Assembly (NCBI GenBank): GCA_046052125.1
Contig: JBJOMY010000001.1
Span: 416,001-480,000, forward strand
Direction of reading: 5' to 3'
Length of the DNA stretch: 64,000 nucleotides
Source: Cyanobacteriota bacterium
GTDB lineage: Bacteria > Cyanobacteriota > Cyanobacteriia > PCC-6307 > Cyanobiaceae
The notes under the pieces were generated by a model. That model did no database searches and was not told where the DNA came from. It saw nothing but the letters and a program-made list of their open reading frames with translations. Made by a program: the position numbers and the translations under genes. Below, one piece after another: positions 1 through 10,212 of this stretch. The first letter of the stretch is position 1, and the number at the start of each line of letters is the position of its first letter.

Positions 1-1
1 C

Positions 2-517
2 CACCTTGAGAAGAACCCCGACAGCAAGATCTTCCCGATCTTCAACTTCTTCGAAAACTGGTGCCAGGACGAGAACCGCCACGGCGATTTCTTCGACGCC
101 CTGATGAAGGCACAGCCCAAGAGCGTGACCGGCCTGCGGGCGCGTCTGTGGTGCCGCTTCTTCCTGCTGGCCGTGTTCGCCACCATGTATGTGCGCGACG
201 TGGCTCGTAAGGAGTTTTACGAAGCCCTCGGTCTCGATGCTCGCGAGTACGACAAGTACGTGATCGCCAAAACCAACGAAACCTCAGCCCGCGTGTTCCC
301 CGTGGTGCTGAACGTGGAGCATCCCAAGTTCTACGAGCGCCTCGAGCAGCTGGTGCGCAACAACGACCAGCTCAGCGCCGCCGACGAGAGCAATGCGATT
401 GCACCCCTCAAGCTGCTGCGCAAGCTGCCCTATTGGATCGCCAACGGCGCCGAGATGGCCAAGCTGTTCCTCATGAGCCCGATCCGCAGCGAGCAGTACC
501 AGCCCGCCGTGCGCTGA
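2..517 (+). CDS. acsF: Mg-protoporphyrin IX monomethyl ester oxidative cyclase, 5'-truncated by window edge
   Basis: Frame is open from base 2 ([31 protein letters not shown]..) with the di-iron DExRH motif and an AcsF-like C-terminus. Confidence 0.95.
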   Translation, partial: HLEKNPDSKIFPIFNFFENWCQDENRHGDFFDALMKAQPKSVTGLRARLWCRFFLLAVFATMYVRDVARKEFYEALGLDAREYDKYVIAKTNETSARVFPVVLNVEHPKFYERLEQLVRNNDQLSAADESNAIAPLKLLRKLPYWIANGAEMAKLFLMSPIRSEQYQPAVR

Positions 518-543
518 TCGCCGCTCAACCCCCTGATGCGATG

Positions 544-570
544 GGCCTCGACTGCGGTCGGGGCCTTTTT
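544..570 (+). terminator. Intrinsic terminator after acsF
   Basis: Hairpin GGCCTCGAC-tgcg-GTCGGGGCC followed by TTTTT. Confidence 0.8.
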
Positions 571-627
571 GCTAGGAAAAACGGCATCCACAGCCCTTGA
601 GGGCTCCACCTTCACTCCCCTCCCCGC

Positions 628-2055
628 GTGATCGCCAACGCCCCGCCGGACACCGGCAACCTCGACAGTCGCTGGACCCCAGCCCTTGAGGATCTGCTGG
701 CCTGTGGCCGCAGCGCCGGAGCTGATCTCGTTGAGATCTTCCTGGAGCGCACCGACCACCTCGGTGTGTTGGCCGAACAGGACACGATCACCAGCGTGAC
801 CCCTGCCTTTGGCATGGGTGCTGGCATCCGGGTGTTCCGCGGCCACCGCGATGGATTCGTAAGCACCAACGACCTCAGCCCGTCGGGTCTGCGGCGAGCC
901 CTAGAGCAGGCGCTGGGCATGCTGGGTCTGGAGGCGTCGCTCCACAGCAGCAGTGGCTTTGAAGGCCTGCCGAATCTCAGAGATTTCGCCACCAGCAAGC
1001 TCGATTGGCTGCAGCACTGCCCGCAGCTCACCGAAGCCACGGCCCGCCTGTTGGAAGGCACCGACCAGCTGCAAAAACACGGCAAACACCTTCAGGCCCG
1101 GCGCGGCAGCTATGCGCGCGACTGGCAGGAAGTGCTCGTGGCCGCCAGTGACGGCACCTTCGGCCGCGACATCCGTCTGCATCAGTCGGTGGGGCTGAAC
1201 GTGCTCGCAGCCGATGGTGAGCACCGCGCGGGAGTGGGCCGGCGCTACGGCACCTCCGATCAACCGGATGACCTGCGCCGCTGGGATGCAACCGCCTCCG
1301 CGGCCGAGGTGTGCACCAGCGCCGGCACCATGCTCTATGCCGACTACGTGGAAGCCGGTCAGATGCCAGCGGTGCTGGCGAATCGTTTTGGCGGTGTGAT
1401 TTTCCACGAGGCTTGCGGCCACCTGCTGGAAACCACCCAGGTGGAGCGCGGCACCACCCCCTTCGCGGAGCAGGTGGGTGAGGTCATCGCCCATGAGGCC
1501 GTAACCGCCATCGATGAGGGCCTCACCGGAGGCGCCTTCGGCTCCCTCTCGATGGATGACGAGGGCATGGAAGCGCAGCGAACGGTGCTGATTGAGAACG
1601 GCGTGCTCAAGCGCTTCATCAGCGATCGAGCCGGTGAACTGCGCACGGGCCACGCCCGCACGGGCAGCGGCCGCCGCCAAAGCCACACCTTTGCCGCCGC
1701 CAGCCGGATGCGCAACACCTACATCGCCGCAGGCCCCCACACACCCGATCAACTGATCGCTTCGGTGGATCGAGGCCTCTACTGCAAATCGATGGGAGGC
1801 GGCAGCGTGGGCCCCACCGGCCAGTTCAACTTTGCGGTGGAAGAGGCCTATCTGATTGAAAACGGCGAGCTCACCAAACCCGTGAAGGGCGCCACCTTGA
1901 TCGGCGAAGCCAAAGAGGTGATGCCGCGGATCTCGATGTGCGCCAACGACCTCGAGTTGGCCGCAGGATTTTGTGGTTCCGTGAGCGGCAGCATCTTCGT
2001 CACCGTGGGCCAGCCCCACATCAAGGTGGATTCGATCACCGTGGGAGGCCGCTGA
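628..2055 (+). CDS. tldD: TldD metalloprotease subunit
   Basis: HEACGH metal motif, DDEG, RMRNT, C-terminal [14 protein letters not shown]. Confidence 0.93.
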   Translation: MIANAPPDTGNLDSRWTPALEDLLACGRSAGADLVEIFLERTDHLGVLAEQDTITSVTPAFGMGAGIRVFRGHRDGFVSTNDLSPSGLRRALEQALGMLGLEASLHSSSGFEGLPNLRDFATSKLDWLQHCPQLTEATARLLEGTDQLQKHGKHLQARRGSYARDWQEVLVAASDGTFGRDIRLHQSVGLNVLAADGEHRAGVGRRYGTSDQPDDLRRWDATASAAEVCTSAGTMLYADYVEAGQMPAVLANRFGGVIFHEACGHLLETTQVERGTTPFAEQVGEVIAHEAVTAIDEGLTGGAFGSLSMDDEGMEAQRTVLIENGVLKRFISDRAGELRTGHARTGSGRRQSHTFAAASRMRNTYIAAGPHTPDQLIASVDRGLYCKSMGGGSVGPTGQFNFAVEEAYLIENGELTKPVKGATLIGEAKEVMPRISMCANDLELAAGFCGSVSGSIFVTVGQPHIKVDSITVGGR

Positions 2056-2057
2056 TC

Positions 2058-3452
2058 ATGAACAGCACTGCAACAACCAGCACGGAAACCAACGCCGGCT
2101 TGAACGCTGAAGCCTTGCGCCACAGCCTCGAGCAGATCGCCGCCGCCAACGGCATCAGCCGCTGGGATCTCGGCGCCGCCTGCTCCACCGATCTATCTGT
2201 GCAGGTGGATCGCGGCGAAGCCAAACAGATGAAGGGCGCCCAGCGCAGCTCCATCACAGTGCGGGTGTGGAACGATCAGGGCTTGGTGGGTGTCACCAGC
2301 ACCTCCGATCTCTCCGCCGCAGGGCTCGAGCGCGCCCTCAGCGGTGCCAAGGAGGCCAGCGCCTTCGGCAATGCCGACGACATCCCGGCCTTCTCGCCTC
2401 TGGCCACGGCACCCCTGGCGCAGCTCGATCAACCGATCCATGCCCCGCAAGGCATCCTGCGCCTGCTCGACACGCTCAAGGGCGCCGAGCAAGACCTGCT
2501 CAGCCGCCATGAGGCGATCAGCACCGTTCCCTACAACGGCCTTGCGGAACGCAGCAGCGAACGCATCTATCTCAACAGCGACGGTGCCTGCCGCCAGCAG
2601 AAGCTGACCACCGCCAGCCTGTATCTCTATGCCCGCGCCGAGGAAAGCGGACGCAAACCCCGCAGTGCCGGAGCCGTGCGCCTGGCCTATGGCGCCGGAG
2701 ACCTCGACATTGCTGGCTGCATCAACGAGGCAGCTGAGCGCACGATCAGCCATCTCAATTACGCACCCATCAGCACCGGCCGCTACACCTGCGTGTTCAG
2801 CCCCGAGGCGTTTCTCGATCTGATCGGCGCCTTCAGCAACCTGTTCAATGCCCGCTCCGTACTGGATGAGGTGAGCCTGAGCAACCGCGAATCGATCGGC
2901 GAAAGCCTGGCCGTGCCGTTCCTGGATTTGCACGACAACGGTTTGCACCCGGCCAACATCGGCGCCTCCGCCTTCGATGGTGAAGGCACCCCCACCAAAC
3001 GCCTGGCCCTGTTGGAGGGCGGCGTCCTTCGCAATTTCCTGCACTCCGAAGCCACGGCGCGCGCCTTTGGCGTTGCCCCCACCGGCCATGCGGGCCTCGG
3101 GGCCAAGGTGTCGGTGGGGCCGGACTGGTTCGAGATCGGCCCGACTCCCGGCAGCGGCGGCGGCCAAGCCGGCCTGGATCGCTTCAATGCCGGCGAGCCC
3201 ATTGTGTGGATCGATTCCCTCTCCGCGCTGCACGCCGGTGTGAAGGCCAGCCAGGGTTCGTTCTCGCTGCCCTTCGACGGCTGGCTGATTCAGAACGGGG
3301 AACCCCGTTCAATCGAAGCCGCCACCGTGGCTGGTGATATCCGCCAGGTGCTCAAGGCGATCGTGGGCTTTGAAGGGGAAGCGAAGGTCACACCTGATGG
3401 GCTCTGCCCGATGGTGTGGGTGGAGGGCCTCTCGATCACAGGCGAAGCCTGA
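2058..3452 (+). CDS. pmbA: TldE/PmbA family protein
   Basis: ATG 2 nt after the tldD stop; FDGEG and SQGSFSLP motifs; tldD-pmbA pairing. Confidence 0.9.
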   Translation: MNSTATTSTETNAGLNAEALRHSLEQIAAANGISRWDLGAACSTDLSVQVDRGEAKQMKGAQRSSITVRVWNDQGLVGVTSTSDLSAAGLERALSGAKEASAFGNADDIPAFSPLATAPLAQLDQPIHAPQGILRLLDTLKGAEQDLLSRHEAISTVPYNGLAERSSERIYLNSDGACRQQKLTTASLYLYARAEESGRKPRSAGAVRLAYGAGDLDIAGCINEAAERTISHLNYAPISTGRYTCVFSPEAFLDLIGAFSNLFNARSVLDEVSLSNRESIGESLAVPFLDLHDNGLHPANIGASAFDGEGTPTKRLALLEGGVLRNFLHSEATARAFGVAPTGHAGLGAKVSVGPDWFEIGPTPGSGGGQAGLDRFNAGEPIVWIDSLSALHAGVKASQGSFSLPFDGWLIQNGEPRSIEAATVAGDIRQVLKAIVGFEGEAKVTPDGLCPMVWVEGLSITGEA

Positions 3453-3462
3453 AGCAGCCCTG

Positions 3463-4509
3463 ATGAAGATCCTGTTCTGGGGCACGCCGGCCTACGCCGT
3501 GCCCAGCCTGGATGCGCTGGTGGCGGCGGGCCATCAACTCGTGGGGGTGGTGAGCCAACCCGATCGCCGCCGCGGGCGCGGCAACGCACTGGTGCCTTCA
3601 GCGGTGAAGGCAAGGGCGCTGGAGCTGGGACTACCGGTGTTCACGCCGGAGCGCATCCGCCGCGAGCCGCAATGCCAACAACAGCTTGCGGAGCTGGGTG
3701 CCGATGTCTACGTGGTGGTGGCGTTCGGCCAGATCCTGCCGCCGGAGGTGCTGGCCCAGCCCCCTCTGGGGTGCTGGAACGGTCATGGCTCGCTGCTCCC
3801 GCGCTGGCGTGGCGCAGGCCCGATTCAATGGAGCCTGCTGGAAGGCGATCCACAGACCGGCGTTGGAATCATGGCGATGGAGGAGGGGCTGGATACCGGG
3901 CCCGTGCTGCTGGAGGAGTCGATCCCGATCGGCCTGTCGGAGAACGCACAGCAACTGGCGGCCAGGTTGGCCGAGCTCACCGGCGCGCTGCTGGTGAAGG
4001 CGATGCCGCTGATCGAGGCCGCAGGCCCTGGGCCTGAAGCCGAACGACTGGCGCGGCTGGGGGTTCGCCACCAAAGCGAAGAGGGCATGACCTACGCGCG
4101 CATGCTCAGCAAAGACAACTTCCAGATCGACTGGAGCCAGTCCGCTTTGGCGATCCATCGACGAGTGATGGGGCTCTACCCAGGAGCCGTCAGCAGCTGG
4201 CATGGCAAGCGGATCAAACTGCTGGCCACCGAACCGCTAGTGCAACGGCTGGCAGGCGATCTGAGTCAGGAGGCTCGAGACCTGGCGCAGCGCTGGGGCC
4301 AGGCACCAGGTGCCACGAGGGATGCCGATGCAGCAACCCCTGGCACAGTGCTGGATGTGGTGAGCGGTGTGGGGTTAGTGGTGGCCACCGGCGGCTGTCC
4401 GCTGTTGCTGAAAGCAGCCCAGCTAGAAGGCAAAAGTGCAGCTAGCGGCGGGCAGCTTCTGCAGCAATTGCAGGCCCAACCAGGCGATCAGCTAGGCCAA
4501 GGGAGCTGA
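3463..4509 (+). CDS. fmt: Methionyl-tRNA formyltransferase
   Basis: MKILFWGTP, SQPDR, HGSLLPRWRGAGPIQ, GLDTGP. Confidence 0.96.
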   Translation: MKILFWGTPAYAVPSLDALVAAGHQLVGVVSQPDRRRGRGNALVPSAVKARALELGLPVFTPERIRREPQCQQQLAELGADVYVVVAFGQILPPEVLAQPPLGCWNGHGSLLPRWRGAGPIQWSLLEGDPQTGVGIMAMEEGLDTGPVLLEESIPIGLSENAQQLAARLAELTGALLVKAMPLIEAAGPGPEAERLARLGVRHQSEEGMTYARMLSKDNFQIDWSQSALAIHRRVMGLYPGAVSSWHGKRIKLLATEPLVQRLAGDLSQEARDLAQRWGQAPGATRDADAATPGTVLDVVSGVGLVVATGGCPLLLKAAQLEGKSAASGGQLLQQLQAQPGDQLGQGS

Positions 4510-4512
4510 TCC

Positions 4513-5283
4513 TCAGGCGATCAACAGCTGGTAAGCCTCGTTGATCCGGCGAAAGGCCTCAGCCTCCCCTCCCATATCGGGGTGGTGTTGCTTCACCAAA
4601 CGGCGATGGGCGCGTTTGATCGCATCGCGCGACGCACCCCACTCCAATCCCAACTGGCGATAGGCCTGCTGGCGCCGCGGATCGCTGCCCTCCCCATGGG
4701 AGCTGCGCTGGTCGGTGCTGCGTTCATCCGTGCGGGTGCGGCGGCCCGTGCTGCGGCGAGAACCCCGATGCTCCTGACGCTGTTGCTGCTGAAGCAGATC
4801 CTGCACAACCCGCTGGGGTGCATCCGAGAGCCATTCGCGTGCACTGACCCCATACAGCGCAAAGGCGGCCAACACCGCCAGGCGTTTCTTGGTGCGCGGA
4901 CCGGCCACTGCCGCCTGCAGGTCCGTGCCGAGGCCTGGAGCGAGGCGGTCCAAGCGTTGCTCCAGCGTGAGCTGGGGATGAAAACTGAGCCGGTTCAACT
5001 CAGCGATCAGGCCCTGGAGACCCGAGCGCTCATCGCCAGCGCGCAGCTGGGCCCAGCCGTTCTGATGGGCCAACAGTTCACCCCATCGCTGCACCTGCTC
5101 GGCGGTGATCCAACTGGATGCCGAGGGGGACCCAGGGTCGCGCTGCAACCGTTCCAGTTGCCGGCGCAAACGCTGCACCTCACGGCGCAGCGCCTCGTTC
5201 TCGGCGAGCAGCCCATCGAGATTGCTGGTGACCTCTGGGGCTCTGCGGGGTGGTGCGTTCCACTGACGCGGATCGAATCCCAT
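4513..5283 (-). CDS. J-domain (DnaJ type III) protein with N-terminal coiled coil
   Basis: C-terminal AYRQLGL..IKRAHRRLVKQHHPDMGG..FRRINEAY with the HPD motif. Confidence 0.85.
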   Translation of the reverse strand: MGFDPRQWNAPPRRAPEVTSNLDGLLAENEALRREVQRLRRQLERLQRDPGSPSASSWITAEQVQRWGELLAHQNGWAQLRAGDERSGLQGLIAELNRLSFHPQLTLEQRLDRLAPGLGTDLQAAVAGPRTKKRLAVLAAFALYGVSAREWLSDAPQRVVQDLLQQQQRQEHRGSRRSTGRRTRTDERSTDQRSSHGEGSDPRRQQAYRQLGLEWGASRDAIKRAHRRLVKQHHPDMGGEAEAFRRINEAYQLLIA

Positions 5284-5303
5284 CCTTCAGGTCACGGCTC
5301 TTC

Positions 5304-6569
5304 TCAGCGGGAGCGGGGCCGGGCGCTTTGCCCCTGGCGACCACGGACACCGCCCCCAGCACCGCCGGCCCCGCGACCGCCACCAGAGCGGCCGCCGCCA
5401 CGACCGCGACCACCGCTGAGATCGAGCGGCGGAGCTGACAGCACCTTGGGCTCAAAACCAGCCACCTCCTGCCGGGGAAGCTGCGTTCCAATCAATCGCT
5501 CGATCGCCCGCAGCAGCTCGTGCTCTTCGGCAGCCACCAACGACACGGCATGGCCGTTGCAACCGGCCCGGCCCGTGCGACCGATGCGGTGCACATAGTC
5601 CTCGGCCTGATTGGGCAAATCCAGATTCACCACATGAGGAAGCTGGTGGATATCAATGCCTCGCGCCGCGATATCCGTGGCCACCAGCACCTGCACCTCA
5701 CCGCTTTTGAAGCCGGAGAGGGCACGGGTGCGCGCGCCCTGGCTCTTATTGCCGTGGATCGCCGCCGCAGTGATGCCCTCCTGGCTGAGGCGATCGGCGA
5801 TCCGATTGGCGCCGTGCTTGGTGCGGGAGAACACCAGCACCTGCTGCCAGTCGTTGCTCTTGATCAAATGACACAGCAAATCCGGCTTGCGCGCCATGTC
5901 GCAGGGATGGAGCAGGTGCTCCACCGTGGCGGCGGTGCGATTTTCTGGCGTGGCCTGCAGGTGCACCGGGTTATGCAGCAACCCGGTGGCCAGCTTCTTG
6001 ATCGAGGCCTCGAAGGTGGCAGAAAACAGCAGGTTCTGCCGCTTGGCCGGGAGCAACGCCAGGATTTTCTGAATGTCGCGGATGAAGCCCATATCGAGCA
6101 TCCGATCGGCTTCATCCAGCACCAGGATCTCCACCCGGTTCAGCTTCACCGCGTTCTGCTGGGCCAGGTCCATCAGGCGGCCTGGCGTGGCAACCAACAC
6201 ATCGGCGCCACCGCGTAGACGCATCATCTGCGGATTGACCTTCACACCACCGAAGACCACATCGGAGCGCAGATCCAGATGGCGCGAGTAGGCGCGAACG
6301 TTGTCGGCCACCTGAGCCGCCAGCTCGCGGGTGGGGGTGAGCACCAACGCCCGCACCACGTTGTTGCGCGCATGGGCGCCGTGGCGCAACCGCTCCAGCA
6401 TCGGCAGGGTGAAGCCGGCGGTCTTGCCGGTCCCCGTCTGGGCAGCAGCCATCACATCCCGGCCGGCCAGCACCGCTGGGATGCACTGGGCCTGAATCGC
6501 TGATGGCTGGGTGTATCCCTTCTCCAGTACGGCCTGCACGATCGGCCGACCAAGGCCCAGGGCCGTGAA
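5304..6569 (-). CDS. rhlE: DEAD-box RNA helicase (RhlE-like); true start uncertain, upstream of 6569
   Basis: Q motif ([13 protein letters not shown]), [37 protein letters not shown]-rich tail. Confidence 0.9.
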   Translation of the reverse strand, partial: FTALGLGRPIVQAVLEKGYTQPSAIQAQCIPAVLAGRDVMAAAQTGTGKTAGFTLPMLERLRHGAHARNNVVRALVLTPTRELAAQVADNVRAYSRHLDLRSDVVFGGVKVNPQMMRLRGGADVLVATPGRLMDLAQQNAVKLNRVEILVLDEADRMLDMGFIRDIQKILALLPAKRQNLLFSATFEASIKKLATGLLHNPVHLQATPENRTAATVEHLLHPCDMARKPDLLCHLIKSNDWQQVLVFSRTKHGANRIADRLSQEGITAAAIHGNKSQGARTRALSGFKSGEVQVLVATDIAARGIDIHQLPHVVNLDLPNQAEDYVHRIGRTGRAGCNGHAVSLVAAEEHELLRAIERLIGTQLPRQEVAGFEPKVLSAPPLDLSGGRGRGGGRSGGGRGAGGAGGGVRGRQGQSARPRSR

Positions 6570-6751
6570 CGGAGACGAGCTGAGGTCCTCCTCAGTGAGC
6601 GTTGGCGCTTCGGGCGATGGAGTGTTGACTGCGGAGGCGGCTGGAGTGATGCGCCTGATGCGCTGCCGCGACGTTCGCCCGGAGCGCTGCTCCTGACCCG
6701 GAGCTGGGTGAGTGGAGGAGGAGATAGGGCGAGTGCTCTTTGATCCTCACC

Positions 6752-7441
6752 CTACGGGCGAGGCGGCGGACCCATTTCCGTGTAGAGCGCGCGGGCCTGA
6801 TCGAGGGTGAGTTGCAGATCGGCGTCAGCCAGATCCACGGCTTCAGGCCAAGAGGTCTGCAACCAGGAGCGGAAGGCGGCGATGTCGTCGTCGAAGAACC
6901 CGTCCTGAGCAGCCAACACGCGAAATTTCAAAAACTCCAGCAAACGCGGCCGCAGCCGCGCCGGCTGGATCAAGCGGCAGCGGCGTGGGTCCACCCAGAG
7001 GCTGAACCGATCACCAGGCTGAACCGGTCCCAAGGGAGGAGCCAGCAGCTCCAGGAGCCCGGGTGGCTGATGGTGGGCCTGTTTGGTTTCGGGATGGGGG
7101 TAATAAATCAGTGCCGCCACCGGCTCTGCATGGGCCCGATGCGCTTGCAACTGGCATCGCCAGAAGGAGAAGGTTTCCGGCGGATGGCAATCGCTCCAGG
7201 CCAGCCGCTCCACCCGGTGATCCGGATCGCGCAGGCGCCATTCACCAGGACTGAAATCCAGGTTGAGCGTGGCGGACTGAAAGGGGCTGAGATCGATGCC
7301 ATGGGCCGCGAACAGCGGCGCCTGCAAGGCAATGGTGCCGGCGGGATAGGGGCTATCCATGGCACGGCCGGAGGCCACACCATGGCCGCGCAGCAAGCGC
7401 CCGACGCAAGCGTTCTCCTGGGCCAACGCCGGCACGCTCAT
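6752..7441 (-). CDS. Hypothetical protein, possible CTP-dependent riboflavin kinase-like fold
   Basis: 229-aa ORF overlapping the upstream gene by 4 nt; motifs GHGVASG, ATLNLD, LELLAP..PGD. Confidence 0.7.
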   Translation of the reverse strand: MSVPALAQENACVGRLLRGHGVASGRAMDSPYPAGTIALQAPLFAAHGIDLSPFQSATLNLDFSPGEWRLRDPDHRVERLAWSDCHPPETFSFWRCQLQAHRAHAEPVAALIYYPHPETKQAHHQPPGLLELLAPPLGPVQPGDRFSLWVDPRRCRLIQPARLRPRLLEFLKFRVLAAQDGFFDDDIAAFRSWLQTSWPEAVDLADADLQLTLDQARALYTEMGPPPRP

Positions 7442-7788
7442 GGCTCTTGCGTTTGCAGGCTGAAGTGGGCGCAGCGCTCACAGGGCCCCTCGGGCAACAC
7501 CGCGCAGCGCAGCAAGGGGCTGCGGGCGTTGAAGCGACAGCTGGGGTCACCGATCACCCAACGGCCCTGCCACCAACGGGCATCGGTTGGCTGCTTCTCC
7601 ACCTTCACCTGCAGCGCGATGGAACTGAGCTCGTAGCGACCACCGCGCAGCTGATAGCGGTGATGGCGCTGCAGCACGAGAAAACTGCGTTCATTCACCA
7701 CGAGCCAGCGGCCGGGCTGGGGGATCTCCTCCAGTTCGAGGCGCTCCAACAGGCGATTGCTCCCGGCCTGACGCAATTCCACGTGCAT
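7438..7788 (-). CDS. Conserved cyanobacterial protein (DUF6464-like)
   Basis: IGDPSCRFNARSPLLRCAVLPEGPCERCAHF Cys-rich C-terminus. Confidence 0.8.
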   Translation of the reverse strand: MHVELRQAGSNRLLERLELEEIPQPGRWLVVNERSFLVLQRHHRYQLRGGRYELSSIALQVKVEKQPTDARWWQGRWVIGDPSCRFNARSPLLRCAVLPEGPCERCAHFSLQTQEP

Positions 7789-7793
7789 GGGCT

Positions 7794-8540
7794 TCAGGGC
7801 GTGATCTCGCCGGGATCAACCGAGGGGTAGCGGCTGGAGAACCCCCAGAGGAACAACAAGCCCACCACCATCAACAACGCCCACTCCGGTGGAACCAGAC
7901 TCGGCAGGGCCAGGCGCAGCAGCAACCTCACCCCCACCAGCCCCACGGCCAGGTAGCCGGCTGTTTCGAGATGCCGAAACACGCCCAGCCAGCGGATGAA
8001 TAGAGCCGAGGTGAGCCGCAGCGCCACCACCCCAATCACCCCGCCCGCCATCACCAGCAGGAGGTTGTCGCTCACCGCAACGGCGGCTGCAACGCTGTCG
8101 AGGGAAAAGGCCAGGTCGGTGAGCGCAAGCGTGCCCACCACCGCCAACAACCCACGGTCGTGATGGGGGGATCCGGGATCTGGAGCGTGATCGGCAGGGG
8201 GCTCGTCGCTAGACCCTGCTGAAGGCAGCAGGTTGGTGACGCAGAGCCAGAGCAGATAAGCGGAGGCCAGCAGTTGCAGCGGCCAGAAATCGAGCACCCA
8301 GCGAGCGACGGCGATCAGCAACAACCGAAACACCAGAGCCAGGCCCAGGCCGAGGTTGAGGGCCTGGGTCTGTTGTCTGGGATCGCGCAGCTGGCGTGAG
8401 ATCGCCGCCAGCGCAATCGCGTTATCGGCGGAGAGCACTGCCTCCAGGGCCACCAGCAGCGGCAGCAGCAACAGCAGCTCTCCCCACTGATCCGCGGACT
8501 GGATCAGTGGGGAGAGTGAGGGAATCGATTCCGCTTCCAT
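7794..8540 (-). CDS. TerC family membrane protein
   Basis: LEAVLSADNA and DLAFSLDSV motifs, multiple TM segments; ATG at 8540. Confidence 0.9.
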   Translation of the reverse strand: MEAESIPSLSPLIQSADQWGELLLLLPLLVALEAVLSADNAIALAAISRQLRDPRQQTQALNLGLGLALVFRLLLIAVARWVLDFWPLQLLASAYLLWLCVTNLLPSAGSSDEPPADHAPDPGSPHHDRGLLAVVGTLALTDLAFSLDSVAAAVAVSDNLLLVMAGGVIGVVALRLTSALFIRWLGVFRHLETAGYLAVGLVGVRLLLRLALPSLVPPEWALLMVVGLLFLWGFSSRYPSVDPGEITP

Positions 8541-8602
8541 CGGGCCGTGCAGCGGATTCCTGAAGCAGGCAGTGTAGAAACGCCGTTCAACCCCTCCACG
8601 CC

Positions 8603-9415
8603 ATGCCGACCACCCCGGTACTGAAGGCGCGGCTGGTGCATGCCGAGCCCGGTCAGCGGGTGGTGGAAGTGAGTGCCTGGCAGGGAGAGCAGTGCCTGGG
8701 CAGTTGCCTGGGGGAGGCAGCCCATGCAGAAGACGCCGAGGAGCGGGCGCAGCAACGCCTTCTGGCACGCCTCAGCAGTACACCTGCGGCGGAACAGCTG
8801 GCCAAGAGCCAGCCTCCGAACGTCCAGCCGCCGAGCCATGCAGCAGCGGCTTCACCGGTCGTGCGCCATCCCGTGGTGCGGCCAACTCCAACGCAGGAGG
8901 AAGCACCGCAGGTGCGCGAGGAACCTGCCATGCCCGAGGGGGCAGAGGGCCAGGCGGATCTTTTTCAGGCATCGGCTCAATCCGCCATCAGTGAGTCCGT
9001 TGAGCCTCCTGCCGATCCCGAGGATTGGAGCGATGAACTGGCTGAGCTGGATGTGCAGCTGCAGCGGATCGGCTGGGATCGCAGCCAAGAAGGGGTGTAT
9101 CTCCAGCGGGCCTTTGGCCATCCGAGCCGCAACCGCCTCACCGCCTACGCCGATCTGGTGGGCTACCTGCGCTGCCTGCGCAACCTGCCGTCCGGCGTGG
9201 ATGCCAACAACGCCCCCGTGCCGCTGCGGCGGAAAGATCTCCTGGAGCAAAGCGATCAGCTGCTGCAATCGCTGCAGTGGGATGCCAACCAGGGGCGTCA
9301 ACTGCTGGAGCAGCAGTTCCAACTGAGCAGCCGCCAGCAACTGAGTGATGAACAGCTGCTGCAGTTCAACATGCTTCTAGAAGAGTCGCTGCTGCAAGCC
9401 AGGCAAACGGCCTGA
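8603..9415 (+). CDS. Conserved hypothetical protein
   Basis: 270-aa ORF with two similar C-terminal helical units (LQRIGWD../LQSLQWD..). Confidence 0.75.
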   Translation: MPTTPVLKARLVHAEPGQRVVEVSAWQGEQCLGSCLGEAAHAEDAEERAQQRLLARLSSTPAAEQLAKSQPPNVQPPSHAAAASPVVRHPVVRPTPTQEEAPQVREEPAMPEGAEGQADLFQASAQSAISESVEPPADPEDWSDELAELDVQLQRIGWDRSQEGVYLQRAFGHPSRNRLTAYADLVGYLRCLRNLPSGVDANNAPVPLRRKDLLEQSDQLLQSLQWDANQGRQLLEQQFQLSSRQQLSDEQLLQFNMLLEESLLQARQTA

Positions 9416-9435
9416 TCAACCCTGTGCTTGCGGCA

Positions 9436-10143
9436 TCAAGCCGAACAATGGGCGGCGAGCAACTGCGCCCCCAGCTCGAGCCGATCCTGATTGGCATAGG
9501 CCTCCGCTTCCAAGGCCTGCTGATGGGGTGTGGCGTTGGCGTAGAGGGGCTCAGCCAGATGCCGTGCCGCTGAGGCATTCAGCCGCTGGCTCAAACCCAG
9601 CAACTGAGGGCGTTCCTGAAACCAGCCGCGGCCCCGGCAGCTCTGGGCCACATGGATGGCTTCGTGATTCAGCACCCGCGCGAATTCGCGGCTGCCCTTG
9701 GCGGGAAGATCAGGCCGAATCCGCAGCACCCTGCGCTGGGGATCCCACTCGCCCGCCGCACCATGCAGACGCGGTTGCCCCAGGGCAACGCTCACCCCGG
9801 TGCGACGCAGGGCGTGGAGCAGCGATCGGACCACCATTCGCTCCTGATCAAAGCGGGGGGGATCGCGCAACAACTGCTTCACCTGATCCACGCTCAGGGG
9901 CGGATCGCCCGTCTGACGTTTGTAGATGTAACGCGAGCCCACCCCCGGGATCAGCTCCACCCTGGGAATCCAGGTGGCATCAGCAGCGCTGAGCTGCGCC
10001 ATCAGGCCTGGTTCCTGCGCAGCAGTCAGTAAAAAGTCGTTCGGTCCAAGCGCCGGAGCGCGCTGCCCTTGCCGCGCCACAGCAGCCAGGCCCGCTGCGA
10101 GCAGAGCCAGCAGCAACACCAACGTGAGCGGCCTGCGTGCCAT
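9436..10143 (-). CDS. Exported hypothetical protein with HExxH zinc-peptidase-like motif
   Basis: Hydrophobic N-terminal signal, NHEAIHVAQ, downstream LEAEAY. Confidence 0.7.
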   Translation of the reverse strand: MARRPLTLVLLLALLAAGLAAVARQGQRAPALGPNDFLLTAAQEPGLMAQLSAADATWIPRVELIPGVGSRYIYKRQTGDPPLSVDQVKQLLRDPPRFDQERMVVRSLLHALRRTGVSVALGQPRLHGAAGEWDPQRRVLRIRPDLPAKGSREFARVLNHEAIHVAQSCRGRGWFQERPQLLGLSQRLNASAARHLAEPLYANATPHQQALEAEAYANQDRLELGAQLLAAHCSA

Positions 10144-10212
10144 CGCTCAATTCTGGCGAGGCCACTCCGGTGTTGAGCTTGCGAGGATGGGCCGCTGTGC
10201 CAAACGAGCTCC

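Noticed and set aside
628..3452. tldD/pmbA as part of a microcin locus
   Set aside because: Housekeeping context (acsF, fmt) with no adjacent precursor or YcaO gene.
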